Assembly (NCBI GenBank): GCA_951406725.2
Contig: OX597816.1
Coordinates: 80,352,001-80,416,000 of the forward strand
Length of the DNA: 64,000 nt
Direction of reading: 5' to 3'
Source of the DNA: Octopus vulgaris
Lineage: Eukaryota
In this document: in pieces, positions 1 through 11,799 of the stretch
How the letters are laid out: every line of letters begins with the position of its first letter
Numbering within the stretch: the stretch's first letter is position 1
Program-made: the position numbers and the translations under genes
The notes under the pieces: generated by a model
What the model saw: the letters and a program-made list of their open reading frames with translations, nothing else
The model's database searches: none
Told to the model about the DNA's origin: nothing

Positions 1-278
1 CAATTATTTCACCTCAATTGGCCCCGCTCTCTTTAACATTACACCAAAACACATTAAAACAGAAACTGACCCTATAGGGTTCAAGAAGTCTTTGGACAGA
101 TTCCTTCAAGAAATCCCGGATAAACCCCCTACACCCGGATATGTCTCTGTAAACAATAACTCTCTACTTGAGTGGGCCATAGTGCCCAAATTCTGACTTG
201 AAAGACTTCACCAGGTGGTGCTATTAAGTTAGACATGGCCTGGGCCAATAATGGCCGAAACCTATCAAAGTATCAAAG

Positions 279-280
<2 letters not shown>
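1..280 (+). mobile_element. 3' end of a CR1-group LINE (ORF2 C-terminus, 3' UTR, tail); continues upstream of the window
   Basis: 2..196 translates [64 protein letters not shown], 52/64 identical to the end of the ORF stopping at 4421; UTR 199-250 identical to 4424-4475; tail (TATCAAAG)x2 then TA microsatellite. Confidence 0.92.
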
Positions 281-309
<29 letters not shown>

Positions 310-419
310 GTATATATAAGAAATATATATACACACACAAATATTACACTCCATAGAATCCATTACTAATCAGCCCCATCAAAGCTATACTTACACCCAT
401 TCATATTCTCCCTTCTCTG

Positions 420-597
420 TTTTTTTCTTCTTCTTCTTCTTCCACTTCTTCTTTCATCATCATCATTATCATCATCATCGTCGTCATCATCATCACCACC
501 ATCATCACCACCATCTTCTCCTTCTTCTTCTTCATCATCATCATCATCATCATCAACATCGTCATCTTCTTCTTCTTCTACTTCTCCACCTTCCACC
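420..597. repeat. Compound (TCT)n/(TCA)n/(CCA)n trinucleotide microsatellite
   Basis: Directly visible; explains the poly-D/E ORF 366..596. Confidence 0.9.
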
Positions 598-924
598 CCT
601 TAACCTTGTCACTAATCTCTTTCAGTATAACGCCTACGCAAATTCCATAAACAATTCCTGAATTGAACTGCGACTACTGTCAGCCACTGTCAGCCACTGA
701 CCATTCAAAATACGACCATTAAGGCATTCCCAGATTTCCCCACCCCTCTCCACATCAGCCTCATTATTCTTCACCTATCCCACCAAGAACTCAAAACGAC
801 CTCGAACACACAAGTGCAAACAAGGGAGTCAGAGAAAGGCAGAATGCTACTTATATCTGAACACTACTACAGAAATATTCTTTTAAACAAACTTTTCTTC
901 TAATTTTTCTAAATTTAATTATTT

Positions 925-977
925 AATCGTTACAGTTGAAAAGGTCTCAAAATGACCGAAACCGGTACTGAAAGATT
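925..977 (+). ncRNA. Minimal type I hammerhead ribozyme motif (U3-A8 core variant), Penelope-like-element type
   Basis: Stem I CAG(933-935)/CTG(968-970), extendable by AATC/GATT; core TTGAAAA(936-942); stem II GGTC/GACC(943-946/954-957); GAAA(958-961); palindromic stem III ACCGGT(961-966); cleavage triplet GTA(965-967). Confidence 0.7.
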
Positions 978-1023
978 CACTATAAAATCATCTTAGCATT
1001 TTCTATTTTTGACTTGTTTTTTC

Positions 1024-1169
1024 ATATATATGTATGTATATATATATGTATGTATGTATATATATATGTATGTATGTATATATATATGTATGTATATATA
1101 TATGTATGTATGTATATATATATGTATGTATGTATATATATGTATGTATGTATATATATGTATGTATGT

Positions 1170-1210
<41 letters not shown>

Positions 1211-1487
1211 TGTATGTATATATATATGTATGTATATATATATATATATGTATGTATATATATATATATATATATGTATGTATATATATATGTATGTATA
1301 TATATATGTATGTATGTATATATATATGTATGTATGTATATATATATGTATGTATGTATATATATATGTATGTATGTATATATATATATATGTATGTATA
1401 TATATATATATGTATGTATATATATATATATGTATGTATATATATATGTATGTATGTATATATATATACATGTATGTATATATATAT
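1024..1487. repeat. (TA)n/(TATG)n compound microsatellite
   Basis: Directly visible. Confidence 0.97.
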
Positions 1488-4421
1488 GCCCAAGGCATCA
1501 GCCCTTCCACCAATACACAAAAATGGAAGATAAGATTCCTGGAGGACTGGGTCGAGGCCCATCCAAACCACATCCCTTTCTTCGTCCTCACTGAAACCCA
1601 TCTTAGTGACCTCCACTTGGAAGCCGAGGTGAAAGTTAAAAATTTCAAAACCATTCGTGCTGATCGTGCTGGCAGAAGAAAGGGTGGGACTGCCATTTAT
1701 GTCCATGATTCATTCTCAACAGAAGCCATGAACATATTTTCGAATGGATACTGCGAAGCAGTCGCTGTATTCAGTCAAACCAACAACTTAACAGTAGTTG
1801 GGCTCTACAGACCACCCCAAACGCCCCTACCATGCTTCAAGGAATGCCTCAACAGCATAAAGTGTTTCATTCAGCAGTGTCAACCTGACAACATTTTAAT
1901 GATGGGAGACTTCAACCTTCCCGGGGTTGACTGGTCTACAAACAGTCTGCCGCCAGGTTCTTCTCTCTCAACCCCTGACAGGGAGGCAGTGGAATCGCTT
2001 CTTGACTTCATGGATGACTTCTTGTCCCAACTGGTACTCGAACCAACGAGATGTCACAAAAACGTCTTAGACTTAATTTTCAGCAATCACACTGATACTA
2101 TCCACAATATTGCAGTGGAGAAAACCCTACTCTCCGACCATGACATGGTTCTCTGTGATCTGAGATTTCACTGGCCAAAATGCAAAACAAATGTCATCCC
2201 TCCTGTTCATCCATTTGACACTATGGATTTCCACAATGCAAACTGGGAAGCGATCAATAATGATCTTGCACAAGTCGATTGGTCCTTCACGCACACATAC
2301 ACACCCACTAACATTAAAAAGTCCTGGCAGTCACTTGTAGACATCATCACGAACATATGTGCAAGACACACCCCATTAAGATCTGCAAACAAATCTAAGT
2401 GTCGAATCCCTAGAAATAGAAAATCTCTCATAAGGAAAATTAAAAGAATCAACAAAAAGATCAACATGCTGAAATACTGTCAACAGCAACACACCAACCT
2501 GACTGCCATCTCGTCGCTAGAGATTAAAAAACATAAACTCCAAAACAACATGATGTCTATCATCAATAGTCAGCGAAGAGCTGAAGAGGCCTGGGCCATT
2601 GAGAAGATCAAACTCAATCCCAAAGTGTTCTTTTCATTTGCAAAAAAACAGAGAGTCACTGGTTCTACTGTTGGCCCTCTGATTGATGAAAATGGTACTC
2701 TTCAAGACAATGCCAAAACCATGGGAGAGATATTGCAGAAACAATATTGCTCTGTTTTCAGCAATCCTGATATGACTGATCTGGGCTGTATCAGTGATGT
2801 TACTCCCCAATACACTTTATCGGACATAACATTTGGCGCTCCTGATGTCTTAGCAGCAATAAAGGAAATGAAGCATAATTCAGCAGTAGGTCCCGATAGG
2901 TTCCCTGGTTGTGTCTTGAAGATGTGTCAAAACCAACTTGCACCCCCTCTAGCCAATCTGTGGCGGAACTCACTGGATGCTGGATATATACCAGAGGACC
3001 TTCTATCCCAGTCTGTTGTCCCAGTTTTCAAAAAAGGAAACAAATCGCTTGCCGTGAATTACCGTCCAATCTCACTCACCTCTCATATCATCAAGGTATT
3101 TGAGAGGGTGCTGAGATCGCATATGACTCACTTCCTTGAGAGGCATAATATGCTGAACCCCAACCAGCATGGATTCCGTAATGGGAGAGATTGCCTGACG
3201 CAGCTACTGCATCATTTTGATGACATTTTGAGAGCCTTGGGAGAAGGTTCCAACACTGATGTCATCTACCTTGATTTCAGCAAGGCCTTTGACAGGGTTG
3301 ATCATAAGATCCTTCTGAGAAAGCTGTCCAATATTGGTGTCACTGGAAAGTTGCTGCAGTGGATCAAGTGCTTCCTGTCTAACAGAACCCAACATGTGGT
3401 AGTCGAAGGAGTCAAATCCAGCCCAGCCAAAGTCAGCAGTGGTGTCCCACAAGGCACTGTGTTGGGCCCACTTCTCTTCATCATCTACATAAATGATATT
3501 ACTGATACCATCAAACACAGTAACATCAGAACCTTCGCTGATGACTCCAAGCTCCAGAAGGTCATCAATGGCGTGGATGACCGAATAAACCTTCAGTCAG
3601 ACCTACTGGCTGTTGTCCAATGGGCGGAAAAGAATAACATGTTGCTAAATGAAGACAAATTTGAACTGATCCACTTTGGAAGGGAGGACGCTCTGAAACT
3701 CCCATACTCTCTTCCTTCTGGAGAAATTCTCATGGCATCCAACAACATCAGAGACCTGGGAGTAACAGTGGACAACAACATAAGCTGGGCTACACATATA
3801 AGCAGCAAAGTTGACATGGCCCGCAGAATGTGTTCCTGGATTCTCAGAACCTTCCAGTCGAGAGATTCCCACGCTATTATCCTTCTCTTCTCCACTTTTG
3901 CCCGACCCCACCTTGAATACTGCTGTCCACTGTGGTCTCCCTACACAAAACAAAATATTATGAGAATTGAAGCTCCCCAAAGGTCAATCACAAAAAAGAT
4001 AGATGGCATGTCAGACCTTGACTACTGGGGTAGACTAGAGAAGCTGAAATTGTATTCACTCCAACGACGCCGTGAACGCTACATTATCTGTATGATGTGG
4101 AAAATATTCCACCAGCACTGTCCAAATGATGTTGGCATCACCTTCAAAATGCATCCAAGGCTTGGACCACGTGCCATCCGTCCACAACAAAAATCTAAAT
4201 CGCATCACATAACGACAATACGGCACAACTATTTCACCTCAATTGGACCTGCTCTCTTCAACATTACACCAGGGCACGTCAAAAAAGAAACTGACCACAC
4301 AAAATTCAAGAAGTCTTTGGACAAATTCCTTCAAACAGTACCGGACAAACCACCCACACCCGGATATGTCTCCGCAAACAATAACTCTCTGCTCGAATGG
4401 GCCTTGGTGCCCAAATCCTGA
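1488..4421 (+). CDS. LINE ORF2p: APE-type endonuclease + reverse transcriptase (native start missing; nearest in-frame ATG at 1470 is in the microsatellite)
   Basis: EN motifs LTETHL, YRPP, GDFN, LDLIF, SDH; RT motifs [54 protein letters not shown]; CR1/L2-type C-terminal [13 protein letters not shown]; no stops or frameshifts. Confidence 0.92.
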   Translation, partial: AQGISPSTNTQKWKIRFLEDWVEAHPNHIPFFVLTETHLSDLHLEAEVKVKNFKTIRADRAGRRKGGTAIYVHDSFSTEAMNIFSNGYCEAVAVFSQTNNLTVVGLYRPPQTPLPCFKECLNSIKCFIQQCQPDNILMMGDFNLPGVDWSTNSLPPGSSLSTPDREAVESLLDFMDDFLSQLVLEPTRCHKNVLDLIFSNHTDTIHNIAVEKTLLSDHDMVLCDLRFHWPKCKTNVIPPVHPFDTMDFHNANWEAINNDLAQVDWSFTHTYTPTNIKKSWQSLVDIITNICARHTPLRSANKSKCRIPRNRKSLIRKIKRINKKINMLKYCQQQHTNLTAISSLEIKKHKLQNNMMSIINSQRRAEEAWAIEKIKLNPKVFFSFAKKQRVTGSTVGPLIDENGTLQDNAKTMGEILQKQYCSVFSNPDMTDLGCISDVTPQYTLSDITFGAPDVLAAIKEMKHNSAVGPDRFPGCVLKMCQNQLAPPLANLWRNSLDAGYIPEDLLSQSVVPVFKKGNKSLAVNYRPISLTSHIIKVFERVLRSHMTHFLERHNMLNPNQHGFRNGRDCLTQLLHHFDDILRALGEGSNTDVIYLDFSKAFDRVDHKILLRKLSNIGVTGKLLQWIKCFLSNRTQHVVVEGVKSSPAKVSSGVPQGTVLGPLLFIIYINDITDTIKHSNIRTFADDSKLQKVINGVDDRINLQSDLLAVVQWAEKNNMLLNEDKFELIHFGREDALKLPYSLPSGEILMASNNIRDLGVTVDNNISWATHISSKVDMARRMCSWILRTFQSRDSHAIILLFSTFARPHLEYCCPLWSPYTKQNIMRIEAPQRSITKKIDGMSDLDYWGRLEKLKLYSLQRRRERYIICMMWKIFHQHCPNDVGITFKMHPRLGPRAIRPQQKSKSHHITTIRHNYFTSIGPALFNITPGHVKKETDHTKFKKSLDKFLQTVPDKPPTPGYVSANNNSLLEWALVPKS

Positions 4422-4510
4422 ACTGAAAGACTTCACCAGGTGGTGCTATTAAGTTAGACATGGCCTGGGCCAATACTGGCCAAAAACCTTTCTAAGTTAT
4501 TCTAAGTTAT
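1488..4510 (+). mobile_element. CR1-group non-LTR retrotransposon, 5'-truncated at the start of ORF2, no ORF1
   Basis: Uninterrupted EN-RT ORF; 3' UTR with GGCCA-N4-TGGCC hairpin; tail (TCTAAGTTAT)x2 at 4491-4510; both flanks TA/TATG microsatellite. Confidence 0.93.
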
Positions 4511-4767
4511 ATATGTATGTATGTATATATGTATGTATGTATGTATGTATATATGTATGTATGTATATATGTGTGTATGTATGTATGTATGTATGTATGT
4601 ATGTATATATATTTGTATGTATGTATATATATATTTGTATGTATGTATATATATATATGTATGTATGTATATATATATATGTATGTATATATATATATGT
4701 ATGTATGTATATATATATGTATGTATATATATATATGTATATATATGTATATATATGTATGTATATG

Positions 4768-4807
<40 letters not shown>

Positions 4808-4876
4808 TATGTATATATATGTATATATATGTATGTATATGTATGTATATGTATGTATATATATGTATATATATAT
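4511..4876. repeat. (TA)n/(TATG)n microsatellite
   Basis: Directly visible. Confidence 0.97.
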
Positions 4877-5224
4877 AAAAAAAGGGTAAAGATCCCCTTC
4901 GGTCATGAATGACCATGGGATTGCACCTAGAAAGTTACCCTCCTAGACACAAGTCCGGGCAAGGTTGTTTATGGAAGGCCAGCAGTCGCCCATGCATACC
5001 AGCCTCCCCTCTCCACGGCACCAGTGTTATCCAAGGGAAAGACAAAGGTCGATACAGCTTGGCACCTGTGACGTCGCAACTCATTTCTACAGCTGAGTGA
5101 ACTGGAGCAACGTGAAATAAAGTGTTTTGCTCAAGAACACAACACGCAGCCCGATCCGGGATTCGAGCTCACAACCTCACGATCGTAAGCTCGACGCTCT
5201 AACCACTGAGCCATGCGCCTTCAC
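4877..5224 (-). mobile_element. tRNA-derived SINE with Meta-like central domain
   Basis: Minus strand starts GTGAAGGCGCATGGCTCAGTGGTTAGAGC (A box), GCTCGAATCCC (B-box-like), then TGTGTTCTTGAGCAAAACACTTTATTTCACGTTGCTCCAGT; related head at 37829. Confidence 0.8.
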
Positions 5225-5227
5225 TTA

Positions 5228-5228
<1 letters not shown>

Positions 5229-5274
<46 letters not shown>

Positions 5275-5278
5275 GTAT

Positions 5279-5328
<50 letters not shown>

Positions 5329-5333
5329 GTATG

Positions 5334-5364
<31 letters not shown>

Positions 5365-5485
5365 GTATGTATATATATATGTATGTATATATATATGTAT
5401 GTATATATATATATATGTATGTATATATATATATATGTATGTATATATATATATGTATGTATATGTATGTATATATATATGTATG

Positions 5486-5526
<41 letters not shown>

Positions 5527-5599
5527 GTATATATATGTATGTATATGTATGTATATGTATATATATGTATGTATATGTATATATGTATGTATATATATG

Positions 5600-5654
<55 letters not shown>

Positions 5655-5828
5655 GTATATATATGTATGTATATATGTATATGTATGTATATATATATAT
5701 ATGTATGTATGTATATATATATATATGTATGTATATATATGTATATATATATATGTATGTATGTATATATATATATGTATGTATGTATATATATATATGT
5801 ATGTATATATATGTATATATATATATGT

Positions 5829-5868
<40 letters not shown>

Positions 5869-5872
5869 GTAT

Positions 5873-5927
<55 letters not shown>

Positions 5928-6284
5928 TATATATATATGTATGTATATATATGTATATATATATATGTATGTATATATATGTATATATATATATGTATGT
6001 ATATATATATGTATATATATATGTATTTATGTATATATATGTATTTATGTATATATATGTATATATGTATATATCTGTATATATGTATATATATGTATAT
6101 ATGTATATATGTATATATCTGTATATATGTATATATCTGTATATATGTATATATATATGTATTTATGTATATATGTATATATATATATGTGTGGGTGTGT
6201 GTGTGTATGGATATAGATATGTATATATTTATATGTATATATTTTATCTCCGTGTGGATATGTGAGAATGTTATGTATATGTGC

Positions 6285-6315
<31 letters not shown>

Positions 6316-6340
6316 TGTACGCACGTATGTATGTACATAT
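5229..6340. repeat. About 1.1 kb (TA)n/(TATG)n microsatellite
   Basis: Directly visible. Confidence 0.97.
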
Positions 6341-7059
6341 GAAGGAAATAGTGTGTGTGAAGGAGAAAAGAGGGAGGTTATAAACATGTTTTCGATTCGA
6401 ATATCGGGCAGAATTATAAGACACTATGTCTATAAAAATATATTTCTATTATTTTCTCTTTGAGCAATCATTTTGGCTATTATAAATCATTTGCGTATTT
6501 CGAATCTTTTGCCAAAAACGCATGACCTAAAGTCAACTAGTAAGAGACATACAAGAAAAGACTCACTAAATTACATTGAACCAAAATACTTTATTATAAT
6601 CATTTTATTCCGTAGTCATATACCTACCAATATAGCATAGAATTAAATATGTTGAGACATTCGAATAATAGATTTCTAAATAAAAAGCAATAAATTATAT
6701 ATCTCTTCTTTAATAATGTGTAGTAAATTCCACTACTGTCTCCGGTCTCATCGTCTGCTTCGAACTTCCTGACAAAATTCCGGTAAAAATTACCCATATC
6801 TGCATGGAATAAAATAACTCGTGCTGGTCTTGATTGTCTAAATATAGAAATGAGACTGCATTGTCATGTCGTAGCCACCCAGGCCTTAACACTGACAGGG
6901 CAATCTTCGAGTTTCACGTTAAAGAAATAGACGCATGCTATGTTCGTCGATAGCGCGGCGATTTAGTTGTTTGTCACAATAGCCTCTTCTAATTTATTTA
7001 GTAGTACTCACTCAGTGTTTTTTTTTCTGTAAAAATTTCTTTCCTTCTGAATTATATTC

Positions 7060-7343
7060 TATCACCCTCTTTAATGCGTTCTACGACTGGTACTTGAAAG
7101 TTTTACCCCGTAAGCTTTGCGACCGGGACTTCATGGTAATATGTTGATCTCCTGTAACTGTCACGTCAATTATTAGGCAATCTTGCTTGACCCTCCTAGA
7201 AGTTACTATATCCGGCCTTCGGTGCTCCAACACCTTGTCTGTCTGGAAATCAAAATTCCAGAGGATTTTTGCCTTTCCCTTTTCGTCCCTTACCTTTTCC
7301 AGTGTATGTTGGTACTAAGCACCCGTAACCTCATATCCATACT
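7060..7343 (-). mobile_element. R4/Dong-like LINE fragment (restriction-like endonuclease region)
   Basis: Minus strand reads KILWNFDFQTDKVLEHRRPDIVTSRRVKQDCLIIDVTVTGDQHI (PD..D RLE motif); abuts (ATT)n. Confidence 0.75.
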
Positions 7344-7357
7344 TATTATTATTATTA

Positions 7358-7407
<50 letters not shown>

Positions 7408-7410
7408 TAT

Positions 7411-8231
7411 TGTCTTTGCACAGCTTCTAACGCTGGAGATGTACTACGGTACCAGCTATTCACAATAAGTGAACTAAGGTAGCACCCTTATTTATCGGGC
7501 ACCATCCGGAGGATTCGAGTGGTTCCAAGCAGTGCTGTTTCTGCAAGTCCTCCACCCTTATTGCAGCCCCTATTTGTTCCATGTACTTCTCAAGATTTTT
7601 ACTCACCGTTCCCGGGGCTCCGATAATTTTTTGTACTACTACTTCCTTTTTCAGCGATCACAACTGCTTAACCTCCCAAGCTAACATGTCATATCTATCG
7701 ACTATTCTTTTTTCCTTATCGCATACCTTGTTGTCAACTGGGAATGCTATATCTATGATTCAGCAGCATTTGCTTTCTTTCTCAATTAATACTATGTCTG
7801 GTTTTCTATTTTCTATCACATAGTCTCACTGAATCATAAAATTCCATAGGATCATTGCAATATTATTTTTGATGATGGCTTCGGGTTTATGTTGGTACCA
7901 CCTTTTGCTCTGTCAAGTCCATAATTGTTACAAAGTATCCAGTGGACAATTCTTGCTATATTGTGATGACGACTCTTTTATTCTTTCCAGGCTAGTGGCG
8001 TACATTGACTGGTAATATGCTATACGGTTTCACCATTTTGTCCACAAATTCTGCACTTATCTTTGTGATGTGTTGTCTATTATGTATTTTATGTAATTCG
8101 TTCTTAGTGCTTGCTCTTGGAAAGCACAGCATTAGAGCCTTCTTGTGCTCTAATGCTGTGTTCGCATCCAATCAGTCCTCTTCCCCCTCTTTTTCTTGGT
8201 AATATAGTCTGTCTGTGTCACTTTTTGGATG
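7411..8231 (-). mobile_element. 5'-truncated, decayed R4/Dong-like LINE between (TAA)n tracts
   Basis: Minus strand: CRICGQNGETV*HITSQC (CCHC knuckle), NRKPDIVLIEK..IIDIAFP (RLE), IIGAPGTVSKNLEKYMEQIG; (ATT)n at about 7344-7410 and 8232-8299. Confidence 0.85.
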
Positions 8232-8248
8232 GATTATTATTATTATCA

Positions 8249-8301
<53 letters not shown>

Positions 8302-8839
8302 GTACAATCTTCAAATACAGTGGGGTAGTTATTCTCATTGACAGAATTTTCTAATACACTTGCACAGCTGTTTGAAAAATAGGAACATCGTTTAATTTAA
8401 CAGCAAGCTACAAATGAAATTTCGAATAACGTTTCCCAGAGGAAAAGATATTCCACAAAAATGTTCCTCTCCAGTTACTTAATGTGTTGAAAATGCAATG
8501 AGATTATAAAAAGTGACTTATGTTTAATGGAATAAAATAATTTTCGAGTATTCATATAACTCCGCTCGACACGTTTGACTGATTCGATGAGCAATAACAG
8601 TAACCGCAATTATAATAACGACTTGTAACATAAGTATAAGGCCACACATATTGGGAGAAATAATTGTCGATTAAATTAACCTGTTCACATGAGAAATATT
8701 TATTTTATCAATGATGGAATGGCTCAAGGTAAACCTGACCTCAGCAGTATCTGAAATTAAAATGTGAGGGACCGTAACTACATACCTTAATGCATTAAGT
8801 GTGGCACGTTCTTACTTTATTTTATCTATTTTTTGCAAC

Positions 8840-9490
8840 TGTCTCCGACGCCGCACTGACATTATCATAAAACCGGCCGACAAGGGTGGAGCCGTGGTGG
8901 TGTGGCGCGCGAACCTCTACTAGGCGGAAGCTCTCCGCCAACTTCAAGATACTCCTTCGGGAGTGGCCATGGGAACGAGAATGGGCCCCAACTATGCGAA
9001 CCTCTTCGTTGGCTACGTTGAGGCCCAAATATTCTCAAGTTTCACTGCTCCCCTACCGAGCTATACAGCTGTTATATTGACGACTGTATCAGTGCGACCT
9101 CACTCTCCCGCGAATATTAGACTCCTTCCTTTCTTTTATCAAATCTTTCCATCCTGCCCTCCACTTCTCCTGCACTATCTCTGACACCTCTGTCTCCTTT
9201 CTTGACATTTCGGTCAGCATTCATCACTCCACTCTCACCACCTCCCTCCACTACAAACACACAGACTCACACTCATACCTCAACTTCTCCTCCCACCCTA
9301 AACACACCAAGCTTTCCATCCCCTATTCCCAATTCCTCCGTCTACGCAGGCTCTGTACTGACGACCATGACTTTGAGACTGAGGCTCAACTCATGGCTCG
9401 CCACTTCATCCTACATGGATATATCCACACCGCTCTTGACAGAGAACGTTCCATGTTACGTGCATCTGCTCTCTCCCGCCGCCGAAGGCT
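8840..9490 (+). mobile_element. Penelope-like element reverse transcriptase fragment (internally deleted, frameshifted)
   Basis: IIIKPADKGGAVVVW..Y*AEALRQLQD joined directly to GVAMGTRMGPNYANLFVGYVE, then YIDD, FLDI, YKHTDSHSYL, SIPYSQFLRLRRLC. Confidence 0.88.
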
Positions 9491-10038
9491 TTTAAATGGT
9501 CAGTTGTAAAGCGGCACCTGTTCAATTATGTTTTTGGCCAGTTTCTGACCGCAGAGAAAAGAACTAACAGCAGCTCCTCAATTTTGAGGGGACTCAGAGA
9601 GAGTGATGTTTGGCTTATTACTCGGTGCGGAACTGAACGTCCACCATTCCATAGGTCCTTCATCTTCATATATATTCCTTTAGATTCCAGATGGAACCTA
9701 AAGCTTTTTGTATCTGAGCCTCTGCAGCTCTTTCCACCCTCCTTGATTTTTAAACCGATTGTACGGTACGTCGCTGTGCAGCGCATCGTATCCTGGGTTG
9801 TCTCAGCGGGAGCATTTAACTTTACAACTATTCCGTCTCTCTCGACTAGCTGGCTAACACTTTTAAGTCCTCTTCAGAGAATTGTATTCTCTGAAGGGTT
9901 GATTTGACTTCTCCAGCGAAGGAAAATTTAAAAGAGCTAATCCAAGCCGTTGCACTAGTTTATGTATCAGCTCTTTCATTGCTTTTGTCATTGTTGTTGT
10001 TGCTTTTGTTGCTGCCGTCGTCTTTGTTGCTCTTGACA

Positions 10039-10239
10039 GGTTAGATTGGGAGGTTAAGCAGTTGTGGTCGAGGAAAAAGGTGGTGGTAGTACCAATAACT
10101 GTCGGAGCGCTGGGAACAGTGAGAAAAATCTTGAGAAATACATGGAACAAATTGGGGCTGCAATAAGGCTGAAGCTCTTGCAGAAAACAGCACTGCTTGG
10201 AACCGCTTCAATACTGTGGATTCTGCTAGCTTACCGCTT

Positions 10240-10240
<1 letters not shown>
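10039..10240 (+). mobile_element. R4/Dong-like LINE 3' fragment, same family as 7411-8231
   Basis: WEVKQLWS..VVVVPITVGALGTV / KNLEKYMEQIGAAIRLKLLQKTALLGT; followed by (TAG)n. Confidence 0.8.
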
Positions 10241-10282
<42 letters not shown>

Positions 10283-10289
10283 TAGTAGT

Positions 10290-10850
10290 AAAGGGAAAGT
10301 GATCTGAATGACGCACAGAGGCATTGATATGCAGTGCTCAGGAACAATTACACGAAGTTTGAAATAACAAGAGCAGTGAATCGCCCCTTTGTAGGACGTC
10401 TGACCAAAAAAATAAACAGTCTCATGTATTGTGAGTTAGTGTAGCAAATTGGCACAGTAGGAATACAAAAGATAACTAAATGTGTTCATTGGAGATTGTG
10501 TGTGAAGCACAGTCTCGAAAGGACATTGAAATGGTGCGATCAAGATCCTGTGGGATCTTACGAGCCAGTACGATTAAATGGTTGATGCCCGGAGACCGGA
10601 GGTTCTTGTAGTGGACACCAGGGGATGTACGACCGTATGATAAAACTGAAAAAGGTTGAGAAGTAGAAGCCACTTAAAAATGAGATTGCACGTATGTGGG
10701 CAATGAAGAAAGTAACAACTGCCATCCCAGCAGGAGCATTAATAATCAAGTTTGAGAAATTGGAATTGACATCAGGGTAGATCTTACTAAAAAAACTGCT
10801 TTATTGGGGATAACGAGGATTTATGAGATTGGTACTTGTATCATCAGTAT
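10290..10850 (+). mobile_element. Older R4/Dong-like LINE 3' fragment
   Basis: Degenerate AQEQ, FCR, KILWDL, RRPEVLVVD, KNEIARMWAMKKV, KKTALLG in the expected order. Confidence 0.6.
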
Positions 10851-11754
10851 AGTCGTAAGCAACTCTGTTTGACCATTGAATTAACCGGAACAAATAAAGA
10901 GGAGAGCTCTGAGAAGTAAAATGACAAAAGTAACAATAATAAAAACCTTTTCTTATTAAGTACAAGACGAGAAAGCTGAGTTTATTCAATCACAAGAATA
11001 GAAAGACTGAAGTTATATCCACCTGAATTTGAACCCAGTTTCTGTAGGGCACTTTGGCACACATTCTCATGATTAATCCGACACTGTAAGAACAATGCTA
11101 ATCTATAGTTCTAACAACAAAGATAACAATATTATTTTTTAAAAATCAGTATAGAGTAAATAATGTAAAGAAAAGGTTGAATGATAGAAAGAAGAGGTTT
11201 GTGCCCGAGAAAATAGTTTTCGAGTCTTGTATACAAAAGCACAATTGGAATGAAGGAGAGATGATAGGGAAATAGACAGATAGAAAAAGAGAGAGGGAGA
11301 GAACAGTGATAAAGTGTGTAGTGCATAGTTATGAGGAAATAGAAAAATGCTATATATATCTACCATCAATCTTATTCTCAGATCAGAGTGATAAACATAG
11401 AAGTGTTTCATACATGTCGAAAGAGAGCAGATAAAATTATATATACTCAAACAGCACTTAACAAAAAATAGATCTGCACACAATCAAGATTCAGATAACG
11501 ATCAAACAACGGAATCGTCAATTACACCTGGTGGACCAGTAAAGTAATGTATGATCGATGCTAATACGATTGATGCAGTAATATTGGAAGCAAAAAAAAA
11601 ATAGCTACCAAAAACAATTAAAGAAAAAGTGTAGGATTACAGCATTAAAAATACAAACAAAAACATGTAAAGGGCCTCTAACTCGATGATATGCAGAACC
11701 GGGTTTTGAGGTGTTATATCTACCTATATACATACGTACACACGCACATGAACA

Positions 11755-11799
<45 letters not shown>

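Noticed and set aside
236-266. GGCCA-ATAA-TGGCC-GAAAC as a hammerhead
   Set aside because: No CUGANGA core and GAAA is not conserved in the second copy; better read as the LINE 3' stem-loop
366-596. Acidic poly-D/E ORF (also poly-R/E ORF at 53275-53460)
   Set aside because: Trinucleotide microsatellite without splice or coding context
1014-1487. N-terminal 158 aa of the 1135-aa ORF
   Set aside because: Translation of TA/TATG microsatellite, which lacks stop codons; not part of the LINE protein
2207-4452. Short antisense or alternate-frame ORFs within the LINE
   Set aside because: Shadow ORFs of ORF2
5150-5224. tRNA gene
   Set aside because: No closing acceptor stem or terminator; runs into a SINE body with related copies
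5127-6424. Long Y/I/M/C/V-repeat ORFs here, at 27048-29029, 35627-36501 and elsewhere
   Set aside because: Open in all six frames over dinucleotide repeats; artefacts
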